Positions 1 to 13,650 are shown, counted from the first letter of the whole stretch. The stretch: 63,490 nucleotides of DNA, filler included, from Octopus bimaculoides (GCF_001194135.2; 7 parts of 4 records of this genome joined end to end with filler, not necessarily neighbours in it); one strand, 5' to 3'. The notes: a model not told the origin generated them from the letters alone. Numbers and translations are program-made.

Positions 1-641
1 TATTTGTTTATTTAATTTCTGCCTTGGTTAAATGGGTGGAGAATTTTTTGTTCCGTTTCTATATATTTTCTATATTTTGATTTCCTTTCGTCTATTGTTT
101 CGTCTTTTTTCCCTTTCTTCTTGTATTATTTTTATTATTCCTTCAAAAGAAATCCTTCAGATTTCTTCGTTATTTTTTTTCTTCATCCTTCATTGCAGAA
201 TAGAAATAAAGAATAAGAGGAAGCATTAAAGACAAGGAAGACTGAAGTGGGGGAATAAGAGAGAGAGGGAGGGAAGGAGAGGGTGAGAGAGAGAGAGAGA
301 TAGTAGAAGAAATATGTGTGTGTGTGTGTGTGTGTGTGTGTACACTCACTCTCTCTCACACACACATATATACATACATACACATCTATGTACGTATACA
401 TGTATACACACATACCATATACATAAAGAGAGAAAAATAGAAACTAGGAAGTGAGGAATAATAGGAGGAGGCAAATAGAAAAGGAAGGTTGCCCTGATAT
501 TGTCGTCCATTTTCTAAACTGTTCTGTTGAACATCCTTCCCACCATTTCGTTCAATTTCCTTTCTTATCTCCTGTCCGACTCCATGTCTCTTTCTTCATA
601 AATTGCAGCTCCACTCTTACTATTAAACACATACGCACGCG

Positions 642-687
<46 letters not shown>

Positions 688-1381
688 TACATATATGCAT
701 ACATATAACTACATATACTTACACATACATATATATGCACATCAATGCACGCGTACTAACGTACATAAATACCTGCATACATACATACATACATACATAC
801 ATATACACATACATATACACATACACACTCACGTCTATATACATACATACAGACATATATATATGTATGTGTACGTATATATATATATATATATATATAT
901 ATNNNNNNNNNNNNNNNNNNNNNNNNNNNNNNNNNNNNNNNNNNNNNNNNNNNNNNNNNNNNNNNNNNNNNNNNNNNNNNNNNNNNNNNNNNNNNNNNNN
1001 NNNNNNNNNNNNNNNNNNNNNNNNNNNNNNNNNNNNNNNNNNNNNNNNNNNNNNNNNNNNNNNNNNNNNNNNNNNNNNNNNNNNNNNNNNNNNNNNNNNN
1101 NNNNNNNNNNNNNNNNNNNNNNNNNNNNNNTATACATACATAAAAACACTCACATATGTATGTAAATATGTATGTATGTAACTATCTATCTATCTATCTA
1201 TCTATCTATCTCTCTCTCTCTCTCTATATATATATATACACACACATGTGTGGGTGTGTGCGTTTACATATATCCCTTTCTTTCAATTTCTTCCTTCCTT
1301 TCTTTCTTTATTTCTTTCCTTCGATCATATTCTCTACCCTTTTTTATTTGTATATATATCCTCTCTCTGCCTGTCTGCATG

Positions 1382-1432
<51 letters not shown>

Positions 1433-1608
1433 TTCTTTCTCTTTCTCTATCTCTCTGTCTTTCTCACTCTTTTCGTACATACACTTATTCATACAAATAT
1501 ATATGCTCATCCTAGAATGTGTGTGCCTGCAATTATAAACTACATAAATATTCTTGCACACGGGCACAGACACACACACCTACACACACTCACAAACAAA
1601 CTCACTCA

Positions 1609-1655
<47 letters not shown>

Positions 1656-3173
1656 ACACTCACACAAACTCACACACAGAGCAGTTGTGGTAACGTTGAC
1701 GTTATCGGCGGAAACCCTAGAGAGATCTAAGTTATCGCGTAAAATCTGGTAAGGTGGGCCATCTTTGGAAATTATAGATGAATGTGTGGAGAAGGATGTG
1801 GAGGGGAAAACATTAGCGATAAACGAAAATATAGAGAAAGAAATAATTATGGAACAGATCATGTGAAAACGGTGTTGTTTGGGAGGGTGGGGTAAGATAG
1901 AGAATATAAGTTGCGAAGAAAATAAAAAATGAAACAAATCAAAAAGTGATAAAACTGAGAGGGAAGAAGAAGAAGTGAACAAATATTGTTGGATCGACGC
2001 AGATGTGTTGGCGAAGCGATAATTGTGGAAATATGCTCGTGAAAACAAAATGGCAGCAGAAGGATTGTGGAAATATTTTGGTAAAAAATGGCGGACTTAA
2101 AATATAGGAAAAAGAACGTAAAAATCAAATAAACGAAAAAATACAAATAGAAAATATAAATTCAAAACAAATTTTAGAAATGTTCTTTTAAAGAAAGAAA
2201 AAGAGAAAATGAAAGAATGTATAGTTTCATTACTTTCTGAGAAAGTAAAGAAAAAAAAAACGCAGATATTGAATAAGGATATAAAAGAAACAAAATTTAA
2301 AATTATTAAAAAATAACAATAAAAAATTGAAATGCACAGTAAAATTAGCGAAATATTNNNNNNNNNNCAAATAAACGAAAAAATACAAATAGAAAATATA
2401 AATTCAAAACAAATTTTAGAAATGTTCTTTTAAAGAAAGAAAAAGAGAAAATGAAAGAATGTATAGTTTCATTACTTTCTGAGAAAGTAAAGAAAAAAAA
2501 AACGCAGATATTGAATAAGGATATAAAAGAAACAAAATTTAAAATTATTAAAAAATAACAATAAAAAATTGAAATGCACAGTAAAATTAGCGAAATATTT
2601 CTTTCATAAAAATTAAGAGAATAAAAAAAAAAACAGCATAAAAATATGGTTAGCAAAAGAAAGAATCAAAACAGAAAAAGCTAATGGGATTGAAGAGTTT
2701 TGGTGAATCCATCTCGTTTCGTATGTTTGTATAATATATTTGGTTTGTTTTCAATAAGTCACAGAAGTTCTATATTTGACGGCAACAACGGGGAGACAAT
2801 TGGAATTAAGTTCTTGTGTTTGAATTTGCTTTGCACAATACTAAACGCACATTGCAGCGCAATCAGCTATAAGACCAGTGGCACAACAGAGATTGAGACA
2901 ACCAGAAGCTAACTGCACTTCAAGTTTTTCTTATACAAGTTTACTTTCTCCTAGAAGGAATTTCTAACGAGAACTAAAGGGTGAGGTCCTTCACTCCCAG
3001 TTGTTCACATGCTAGCTAACCTATAGCTGGTCTTCTAAAAAGAGCTACGACTCCGGGTCTGAGCACACCTGGACGCAATAGTGGTTAAAACGTAGTTTCA
3101 AACGCCTTAAATCACACGTACTCCTGTACCAGAGCCTCACTACCGGATGTAGGTTAAAGTCATATCCTGGAAA

Positions 3174-3213
<40 letters not shown>

Positions 3214-3353
3214 AACTTTAAATATATATACATGTGTGAGTGTGTATGCGTGCGTGTGCGCGTGTGTGTGTGTGCGTGCGTGTGCCCACAGGCACGCATA
3301 CACCCGCACACATGTATATATGTTTAAAGTTAACGTTATTATTGCTTTTAATA

Positions 3354-3599
3354 CAGTTCTGTATTTAAGTGATGAGGAATTATGTACATTATTTACATCA
3401 TTTACATTTGACGGATATTTGTTTTCATCTTGTTTGTTAACACGTTTCGGATGATATACCCTCCAGCTTTCATCAGGTGTCTTGGAAAAATTTCGAACCT
3501 GGGTTCTCCTTCCTAAGGTATTTTTCGATGTTATATGGCGTAATGGTTAAGAGCGCGGGCTACTAACCCCAAGATTCTGAGTTCGATTCCAGGCAGTGA

Positions 3600-3669
<70 letters not shown>

Positions 3670-3845
3670 TATAATAATAATAATAATAATAACAATAATA
3701 ATAATAATAATAATAATAACAACAACAACAACATAAAAAATACCTTAGGAATGAGAACCCAGGTTCGAAATTTCTCCAAGACACCTGATGAAGGCTGAAG
3801 AGTATATCAGCCGAAACATTGTGTTAACAACAAACAAGATGAGGT
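3354..3845 (+). mobile_element. Short non-coding PLE derivative: antisense pLTR + tRNA-like head + (AAT)n + sense pLTR
   Basis: 3354-3534 (minus), 3533-3601 and 3730-3845 (plus) align by eye with 37981-38245 of the Penelope copy. Confidence 0.85.
3780..3825 (+). ncRNA. Minimal type I hammerhead ribozyme motif in PLE pLTR (one stem III mismatch)
   Basis: GACAC-CUGAUGA-A-GGCUGA(agagtata)UCAGCC-GAA-ACAU-U-GUGUU. Stem I, stem II and the core are intact; the palindromic ACGU seen in sister copies is ACAU here. Confidence 0.7.
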
Positions 3846-3849
3846 TTTG

Positions 3850-4290
3850 TAATACATGTGTGAGATTTGTGCCATCTCCATAGCTTTTAAGGATGGTTCT
3901 CTCTATGGATGATGTCATACCTGAGAGAGCAAATTGTAATGGTCCTGTGGGTCACTATTCACTATAAGCATTTCTTTGGAGGTGGCACCGTTGGCTACTA
4001 CTTCTTGATTTCTATCTTTCAGAAACTCACGTCGCCAATCTTCGAGTTTTTCAATTATATCGAAGTCATGCAGTTTGTGACATATCATCCTATGGCCGAC
4101 TTTATCGAAGACCTTCGCAAAGTCGACGTACATCAAATCCAGATTTGAGTGGTTGAACAATTGTTTCCATACCAAATCATAGTGTTGTAAGAGTTGTCAG
4201 GCAGCTTCTTCCTGGTCGGAAACTATGCTGGGTGTCAGTCAGAAAATCGTTTTCTTCATCGAACGTGATTAGTTCCATGACTTTGGAGAC
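3850..4290 (-). mobile_element. CR1/L2-like LINE reverse transcriptase fragment
   Basis: QHSFRPGRSCLT, YVDFAKVFDKVGH, WRREFLKDRNQEVVANG; frameshifted. Confidence 0.8.
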
Positions 4291-4645
4291 ACACACACAC
4301 ACACACACGCACGCACACACGCACAAACATGCATGTATATACATGCATATATATATATGTATATATATGCATGCATATACATGCATATATATATATGTAT
4401 ATATATGCATGCATATACATGCANNNNNNNNNNNNNNNNNNNNNNNNNNNNNNNNNNNNNNNNNNNNNNNNNNNNNNNNNNNNNNNNNNNNNNNNNNNNN
4501 NNNNNNNNNNNNNNNNNNNNNNNNNNNNNNNNNNNNNNNNNNNNNNNNNNNNNNNNNNNNNNNNNNNNNNNNNNNNNNNNNNNNNNNNNNNNNNNNNNNN
4601 NNNNNNNNNNNNNNNNNNNNNNNNNNNNNNNNNNNNNNNNNNNNN

Positions 4646-4683
<38 letters not shown>

Positions 4684-4744
4684 ATTATATATATATATGA
4701 TGATTGCCACTTCTTTACAGAAGAAGGCTATCTCTTCAATTAAT

Positions 4745-5385
4745 AAATACTGCCATGAGATCTTATATGACTAGCTAGTCCTGCTCTTCACAAACACACT
4801 CTATTGCAGATCTGACAAATATTTTTAAGCAGAAAAGTGTCTGGGATTGTAATTAAGTCCTGTCTACGAAGTGCTCGCTCCAAGATAGATTGTTCAATTT
4901 TTCGAGCTTCAAATGCTTTTCATCTATTGTATATTATTTGTTTCCAAACCGATCGATCTTGCGTCATCTGCACCCAGTCTTCAACTTTCACATTAAGAGC
5001 CTTCAGGTCACTTAAGGTCACATTAAGAGCCTTAAGGTCACTTTTGACAGTATCACTAAAGCGTTTCTTAGGTTTATGTCTCGGACGTTTGCCACGTTGC
5101 AACTCCCCGTAAAAAATTGTTTTGGCAACGTGTCATCCTGCATCCCAGCAAGGTGCCCAACCCAATGCATCTGATTGTGTATGAGGATCATTTCAATACT
5201 GGATGTGTTAGCTTGCTGAAGAACAATGGTGTCTGGTGTTAAGGTTTCCATTTGATGTCTAGTATCCTCCTTAGGCAAGTCTGATGGAATCTTTCTGATA
5301 ACGTCCAACATTCGACAGCATTGCCAAACATTTCATTTGGAATTGCAAGACATTGTATTTGAATTTCATTTTTCAAGGAGCATAT
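4745..5385 (-). mobile_element. RTE-clade (BovB-like) LINE 3' fragment, degenerate
   Basis: FHQTCLRRILDIKW, HWVGHLAGMQDDTLPKQ, GKRPRHKPKKRFSDTVKSDLK...WVQMTQDRSVWK. Confidence 0.8.
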
Positions 5386-6120
5386 ATATATATATATGTA
5401 TATNNNNNNNNNNNNNNNNNNNNNNNNNNNNNNNNNNNNNNNNNNNNNNNNNNNNNNNNNNNNNNNNNNNNNNNNNNNNNNNNNNNNNNNNNNNNNNNNN
5501 NNNNNNNNNNNNNNNNNNNNNNNNNNNNNNNNNNNNNNNNNNNNNNNNNNNNNNNNNNNNNNNNNNNNNNNNNNNNNNNNNNNNNNNNNNNNNNNNNNNN
5601 NNNNNNNNNNNNNNNNNNNNNNNNNNNNNNNNNNNNNNNNNNNNNNNNNNNNNNNNNNNNNNNNNNNNNNNNNNNNNNNNNNNNNNNNNNNNNNNNNNNN
5701 NNNNNNNNNNNNNNNNNNNNNNNNNNNNNNNNNNNNNNNNNNNNNNNNNNNNNNNNNNNNNNNNNNNNNNNNNNNNNNNNNNNNNNNNNNNNNNNNNNNN
5801 NNNNNNNNNNNNNNNNNNNNNNNNNNNNNNNNNNNNNNNNNNNNNNNNNNNNNNNNNNNNNNNNNNNNNNNNNNNNNNNNNNNNNNNNNNNNNNNNNNNN
5901 NNNNNNNNNNNNNNNNNNNNNNNNNNNNNNNNNNNNNNNNNNNNNNNNNNNNNNNNNNNNNNNNNNNNNNNNNNNNNNNNNNNNNNNNNNNNNNNNNNNN
6001 NNNNNNNNNNNNNNNNNNNNNNNNNNNNNNNNNNNNNNNNNNNNNNNNNNNNNNNNNNNNNNNNNNNNNNNNNNNNNNNNNNNNNNNNNNNNNNNNNNNN
6101 NNNNNNNNNNNNNNNNNNNN

Positions 6121-6942
6121 GTCCCCAACCATCTCTTCAATTAGTGGATTGACATTTTTCATCAGTAAGTTTAAGTAAACTGAGCCACTGACAGTTTGGT
6201 AAAAAAAAAAAAAAGTCCAATGATACCCAATGTTGATATCCTACATCACACTGTAACATCTGGTAAGTTCAGATGGTGTTCCATAGTAAAATGTGGATTT
6301 TCACGGGCCCAGTATGTGCAATTATGTCGGTTGACTGAACCATTTAACTTGTAGGTGGCCTCATCGCTCCATAAGATTTTCTCTGGAAACGTTGCATCCT
6401 CTGCGAATTTGTTCAGATACCATTCGCAAAATTGAACTCTCCGATCAGGATCATCCTCATTCAGGGCTTGAATTAATGTTGGAACGTAACTTTTCCAATG
6501 AGTTCGTTTCAACATCCGATGAACACTCAATGTTGGGATTCTTATCTCACGACTCAATTGTCTTACAGATTTCTTTAGGGATTGGGAAAGGGTTTCCATT
6601 AAATTGGTTGTGTCTATTGGGGTTGGTGGATGTTCGTGGTCTTCTAGAGCGTTGCTTACTAACGTTCTGAACAGTTCTGTATGCTTCAAATTTATCTCTG
6701 ATGCGAGAAATAGTGCGTCGTGTTGGTGGTGTCTTCTGAAACTGTCTGTTAAATTGTCTTTGCACTTCCGTGACATTTTCGTGCTTCCAGTAGCACTTTA
6801 ATATATTTTTTTTTCCTCAAACGTTAGTTGTGCATTTGCCATTGTGAAGGGTTAGTTGTGTCTGAAAAAAAAAAGAAAAAAAAAGCAATACGTTAGTAAT
6901 CATCTGTCAAAGAGTGAGTACATCATTTTGGGGCACTCTGTG

Positions 6943-6944
<2 letters not shown>
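6121..6944 (-). mobile_element. IS630-Tc1-mariner element, probably DD41D (rosa/Visitor-like), 5' half
   Basis: N-terminal HTH-like [15 protein letters not shown] and catalytic-region [29 protein letters not shown]. Terminus tacacagagtgccccaaaatg at about 6944. The 3' part runs into an N gap. Confidence 0.85.
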
Positions 6945-6975
<31 letters not shown>

Positions 6976-7074
6976 ATACACACATATGCATATGTTTGTG
7001 TATGTGTGTGTATGTGGGTGTACACACGCACACACACATATATATATTCATTTATATACATATATTCTCTTATT

Positions 7075-7221
7075 CTTTTATTCTTGTATTTATTTCAGTC
7101 ATTTGACTGCGGCCATGCTGGAGCATCAACCTTTAATCGAACAAATCGATCCTAGGACCTATTCTTTGTAAGCCATGTGGTTTGTAAGCAAGCTACTTAC
7201 CACGGAGCCACTCCTGCGCCT
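7075..7221 (-). mobile_element. SINE family A with large internal deletion
   Basis: Head joined directly to the 3' end at ...tgtaagcc|atgtgg. Confidence 0.8.
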
Positions 7222-9358
7222 ATATATATANNNNNNNNNNNNNNNNNNNNNNNNNNNNNNNNNNNNNNNNNNNNNNNNNNNNNNNNNNNNNNNNNNNNNN
7301 NNNNNNNNNNNNNNNNNNNNNNNNNNNNNNNNNNNNNNNNNNNNNNNNNNNNNNNNNNNNNNNNNNNNNNNNNNNNNNNNNNNNNNNNNNNNNNNNNNNN
7401 NNNNNNNNNNNNNNNNNNNNNNNNNNNNNNNNNNNNNNNNNNNNNNNNNNNNNNNNNNNNNNNNNNNNNNNNNNNNNNNNNNNNNNNNNNNNNNNNNNNN
7501 NNNNNNNNNNNNNNNNNNNNNNNNNNNNNNNNNNNNNNNNNNNNNNNNNNNNNNNNNNNNNNNNNNNNNNNNNNNNNNNNNNNNNNNNNNNNNNNNNNNN
7601 NNNNNNNNNNNNNNNNNNNNNNNNNNNNNNNNNNNNNNNNNNNNNNNNNNNNNNNNNNNNNNNNNNNNNNNNNNNNNNNNNNNNNNNNNNNNNNNNNNNN
7701 NNNNNNNNNNNNNNNNNNNNNNNNNNNNNNNNNNNNNNNNNNNNNNNNNNNNNNNNNNNNNNNNNNNNNNNNNNNNNNNNNNNNNNNNNNNNNNNNNNNN
7801 NNNNNNNNNNNNNNNNNNNNNNNNNNNNNNNNNNNNNNNNNNNNNNNNNNNNNNNNNNNNNNNNNNNNNNNNNNNNNNNNNNNNNNNNNNNNNNNNNNNN
7901 NNNNNNNNNNNNNNNNNNNNNNNNNNNNNNNNNNNNNNNNNNNNNNNNNNNNNNNNNNNNNNNNNNNNNNNNNNNNNNNNNNNNNNNNNNNNNNNNNNNN
8001 NNNNNNNNNNNNNNNNNNNNNNNNNNNNNNNNNNNNNNNNNNNNNNNNNNNNNNNNNNNNNNNNNNNNNNNNNNNNNNNNNNNNNNNNNNNNNNNNNNNN
8101 NNNNNNNNNNNNNNNNNNNNNNNNNNNNNNNNNNNNNNNNNNNNNNNNNNNNNNNNNNNNNNNNNNNNNNNNNNNATATATATATATATACATATAGTAG
8201 ATAAATGTACAGATAAATATATGTACAGAAAAAGTGCACGCATATATTCGTGTGTATAAACATTTAAGTTGTCAGTAAAATAGGTCAAGACTGATAAGTT
8301 ATTATTCATCACTCATCAATCATTGATACTAGTGAATCAATAAAGGAAAAACAGGCACTCATCATTAATAATACGTGTGCCGATAAGATATAATAAAATA
8401 TTTAATGTTAAATATATTTATCTATTGTCAAATGATATTATTGTCGGAAACAATAACGTTAGGCAAAGGGAGATAACGCAGTAGTAAATATTGATAAGGT
8501 ACATATGCACACACACACACATACACACACACTGCATGTATAGTCATTTATGCATGTGTCTATGCGCGTATGTATACCTATGCGTGTCTCTGTGTTTATC
8601 AATCTGACTAACAGACGTGTTTGTGTGTGTATGTGAACGGATATTTATCCGCGTATATGAGTATGCATCTATATATACATGCATATATATANNNNNNNNN
8701 NNNNNNNNNNNNNNNNNNNNNNNNNNNNNNNNNNNNNNNNNNNNNNNNNNNNNNNNNNNNNNNNNNNNNNNNNNNNNNNNNNNNNNNNNNNACTACCCGT
8801 GACCTGTTGGGTCAAGGTACCCGAAAAAAATCGCATATCTCGGGAACCCATGGTCCGATTTACGCGAAACTTATTTTATTCCGTTTGTATACCCATTTCA
8901 ATGGTACCTTACTTTCCGCGTATTTTCCCATTATGCGCCGGTTTGACTGCATTAAATTACAGACAAGCACGCACTCAAACAAAATTATCCAGGTTTCACT
9001 GCTTAAATTTGTGGAAACAAACACTCCCACAAACAGGAATCCGTAGTCCGATTTACGGGAAATTTGCTTTATTCTACTGGTATTCACATTTCAGGGGTAG
9101 TTTACTTTCAGAGTATTTTCCCATTATTCGGCGATTTGGTTATATTAAATTATAGACATGTACGCAAGCAAGCATGCAAGGAAGCATGCAAGCAAGCAAT
9201 CACATACTTGTAGTATTATATAGACAGCTATATATATGAATTTAGTTATACATATGTATGTATCATTGCTTATACATAAGCGTGTATATACATGTATGTG
9301 TGTATATGTATATATATGTGTGCATATATACATATATATATGTGTGTGTACGTGTGTA

Positions 9359-9395
<37 letters not shown>

Positions 9396-11761
9396 GTATA
9401 CACACATATACTTATACATACATACCTATGTATATGAATATATATTTTCACTTAAAAACATAGTAGAAATGACAGTTGACGGTTAGCAAATCTTTAAATA
9501 TAAATTTCAAATAAGATATAGCTCCTTATTTGGTATTTATGAGCGTGAATACACATACATCTTGACCAGTATTTTGTATAGTGAGTTTTTTTTTTCTAGA
9601 AAATAGATATATTTTTGCAATAATAGTGAGGAAGTCAAAAATTTTAATATTAGATATGCAACCAGCCAACTCCTTCAATGTTTTCCGTCTCGATTCAAAT
9701 AATGCTGAGTGGAAGAATGAATATACAAATGCTTGAAAAATTTCTATGTATATTTCAAACGTCTTTTTGTTTATTTATTATTTTACTTTGTTAATTTACT
9801 TTTATTTTTTATTTTACTTAAATCTCNNNNNNNNNNNNNNNNNNNNNNNNNNNNNNNNNNNNNNNNNNNNNNNNNNNNNNNNNNNNNNNNNNNNNNNNNN
9901 NNNNNNNNNNNNNNNNNNNNNNNNNNNNNNNNNNNNNNNNNNNNNNNNNNNNNNNNNNNNNNNNNNNNNNNNNNNNNNNNNNNNNNNNNNNNNNNNNNNN
10001 NNNNNNNNNNNNNNNNNNNNNNNNNNNNNNNNNNNNNNNNNNNNNNNNNNNNNNNNNNNNNNNNNNNNNNNNNNNNNNNNNNNNNNNNNNNNNNNNNNNN
10101 NNNNNNNNNNNNNNNNNNNNNNNNNNNNNNNNNNNNNNNNNNNNNNNNNNNNNNNNNNNNNNNNNNNNNNNNNNNNNNNNNNNNNNNNNNNNNNNNNNNN
10201 NNNNNNNNNNNNNNNNNNNNNNNNNNNNNNNNNNNNNNNNNNNNNNNNNNNNNNNNNNNNNNNNNNNNNNNNNNNNNNATATAGGCAACATCAGCATTGG
10301 AGTATTGGTCATTGCTATACATCGCTTTCCTCCGTTAGTGGGTCTTAAACTTTTTGTTGCGAAGGAGTAAAACGAAGCATTAACATTATTGAAAATCCAG
10401 ACTAACGTTTGAATGTCGTACTTTTCGTTATAATTTTATTTTCCACATATATGTTTAACAAAGTACGGAATGCAATAGTTTCCTATATTCTTAATATATT
10501 TTAAACTTTGAAATATATATTTTAAACATTTTCAACATGAAGTGCAGCAGGATGTTTTAATGCTTCGTATTCTAGTAAGCTTCAAAGTGACTAAGACTGT
10601 GAAACCCTGTTTTAGGTGAAAATTTTGTTGCGATGTAGACGTGATCAGGTGCCATTTCTGGAAGTGTTTTGTATTAAGGAATATCTATCAGTATAGCATT
10701 GCCAATTACCTATTTTGGAAAAAAATTCTAAACACACAACAAAGATGAGCTGAAACTGTTTCTCACACTCTTGCTCGGTGTCAGCAGATTGCTAACTTGT
10801 AGAGTTATGGCAAACAGTGGTTCTGTGCTTTGGCTGTGTTTATCCCGAACATTTGTTGCGTAAGGAAAAGCGGTCAGTTTTCCTCTGCCTTATGGATTTA
10901 ATGAAAGAAGTATTGGTTGAAGAGCGATGGAAAGGTCGAAGAAGAGCATTTCTTCTCTCTCGTCGAGCCTTTGATGAACTTTTCAAGTATCACACAAAGG
11001 GGTGAGGCAACGTGGGAAGTAACGTACTTTCCTGGAAGAAAACGGTGGTTTGGGCGTCGCTCAGTGGGTGAGCCTGAACATAAATCTGTAAACCGGAAAC
11101 TGCGAATGGGGTAAGTACCTAGAAGACGATAAGTTTACTTGATTGGCTACAGGTAGCTGACATCTCTTGTCGAACAGAGACATATTAAGTTCAAAAAATT
11201 TTACTTTTTCTCCATTGTGAAGTTAGAAATCCAATATCTTTCGCAAACCCCAAAATAATTCTAACAGTTTGTTTCACAGTACACACCAGGAATACAGAGC
11301 CCCGCCTTCAGACCATTTATATTCTCCATCTTATTTATCTCGCACACAACACCAATTTTATACTCTTTAATTAACATTTTGATAACCAGCAAATCAAAAC
11401 TTCGGCAGATTATTTACTCAGCAACTTTTCACCCCACACCCACACCCACACCCACACACGCACATACTCACACACACTCACAGACTCACACATAAACACA
11501 CATGCACACACACTCACACTCACATGCGCAGTCACATACGCACACATACACAGGGACTCACACGCACATACTTGTACTCTCGAACACGCTTAAACAGGTA
11601 TGCATATGTGTTTGTGTTTACGTCGAGTTGATCTATTTATCTAGTTATCTTTCCTTACATCGATCTAACTACCTATCAGCTCTTTCTATCCATCTATCTA
11701 TCTATCTATCTATCTATNNNNNNNNNNNNNNNNNNNNNNNNNNNNNNNNNNNNNNNNNNNN

Positions 11762-11773
11762 TTAATTAATTAA
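11762..11773. other. Artificial scaffolding linker TTAATTAATTAA inside N runs (also about 30085, 56070, 57177, 58487, 61971)
   Basis: Identical 12-mer with stops in all six frames, centred in roughly 100-bp N blocks six times. Confidence 0.9.
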
Positions 11774-12044
11774 NNNNNNNNNNNNNNNNNNNNNNNNNNN
11801 NNNNNNNNNNNNNNNNNTATACTATATTCTAACACCATACTATATTCTGGTGCCTAAACATAAGTACCATATTCAATCTTGAATCTAAATCTAAACCTTC
11901 TATCTATATATGTGTGTATATATGTATGTATATATATATGTAATTGTAAGTACATATGTACGTGTATATGTGTAATTCTATGCATATATTATACATATAT
12001 GCATACGTATATACAAACATATACATATGTATATATGTGTGTAT

Positions 12045-12240
12045 ATTCTTTTATTCTTACTTGTTTCAGTCATTTCGACTGCGGCCATGTTGGAGCACCA
12101 CCTTTTGTCGAGCAAATTTACCCCAGGACTTATTCTTTGTAAGCCTAGTACTTATTCCATCGCTCAATTTTGCCGAACCGCTAGTTTACAGAGACGTAAA
12201 ATCACCAGCATCGGTTGTCAAGTGATGTTGTGGGACACAC
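12045..12240 (-). mobile_element. SINE family A 3' half
   Basis: cagtcatttcgactgcggccatg...cggttgtcaagtgatgttg. Confidence 0.85.
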
Positions 12241-12264
12241 ACACACACACGCACACACACACAC

Positions 12265-12319
<55 letters not shown>

Positions 12320-12601
12320 TATATATTATACGTGTGTGTGTGTATGTATATATATGTATGTACATATGGCTGTATGAGCTTATATGATGGTGCTTGTCTC
12401 TGTATTCTATTTAAGCACTAATATATAGAAATACATTGGTTGAAGATTTCATAAATGATTGCACATTTGCATATATAATTCTGAATGCGTCTGATGTCAT
12501 TCTCATTCTTTTTCTCTCTCACTCTACATATGCATATATTATACATATGTATACATATTTTTTACATACATACATACATACGTATATATATATATATATA
12601 T

Positions 12602-12677
<76 letters not shown>

Positions 12678-12945
12678 NNNNNNNNNNTTTATATATATAT
12701 ATATGTAATATAATGTAATATAAAGCTGAAGCAAATTAACACCAAATATACAGTGCGTGTGTTTTATTGGCTAAACTGGCAATATGACCATCCCCAACTA
12801 CAACAACATATATATATATATATGCATATTCACAAACACACACAGAAGTTGGGGCGAAAGGACATTTTTTTGATTTCTCTCAAACTGGACAAAATAAATA
12901 AAATAATGATGTATATACATGTACTTGTACGGGGTGAACAAAATA

Positions 12946-12995
<50 letters not shown>

Positions 12996-13576
12996 TAATA
13001 ATAATAAGAAGAAGAATAACAATGATGATGATGATGATGATGATGATGATGTAAATAAAATCTCCAATGTTTTGGTGCGTGACTTCTGGTCCACACTGTA
13101 TATATGCATTTATACGCACATGCTTATATTTTTTCGTGTAAAAACTTACGTAGGTATGTGCATCGATGAGGGAAATAATATGCGTTGTTTTGTATAACAA
13201 TACCTGTAGAGATCAAAAATATTGCAATAAAATTAAAACATATACAAAGACGATACCTATAAGTATTATTCTACATATATCACATGTAAACATTCATATA
13301 TGTAATTTATTCATGCACATATGTATGCATTCATGCATAAGTGTGTTTATCTATGTGCATATTTATGATGATATCGAAGCTTTATTGACCTCCGCATGCA
13401 TAATCGATAAAAAAAATTATACTTTATGTATTTTTATGCTAGCACACAGTCACATAAGCGCACAGGTGTACGTAGGATCACTCACACCACATATAATCTA
13501 TGTATTTTTATATGTATGTATGTATGTATGTAGATACTTAGGAACATACTTTAATACATAGAAACATTACAGACAT

Positions 13577-13650
<74 letters not shown>

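Noticed and set aside
2040-2100. AAAATGGCGG/AAAATGGCAG YY1-like motifs as a promoter
   Set aside because: Short motifs in A-rich sequence with no associated exon.
2126-2599. Exact 232-bp direct repeat (2126-2357 and 2368-2599)
   Set aside because: The copies flank a 10-N gap; typical unmerged contig overlap.
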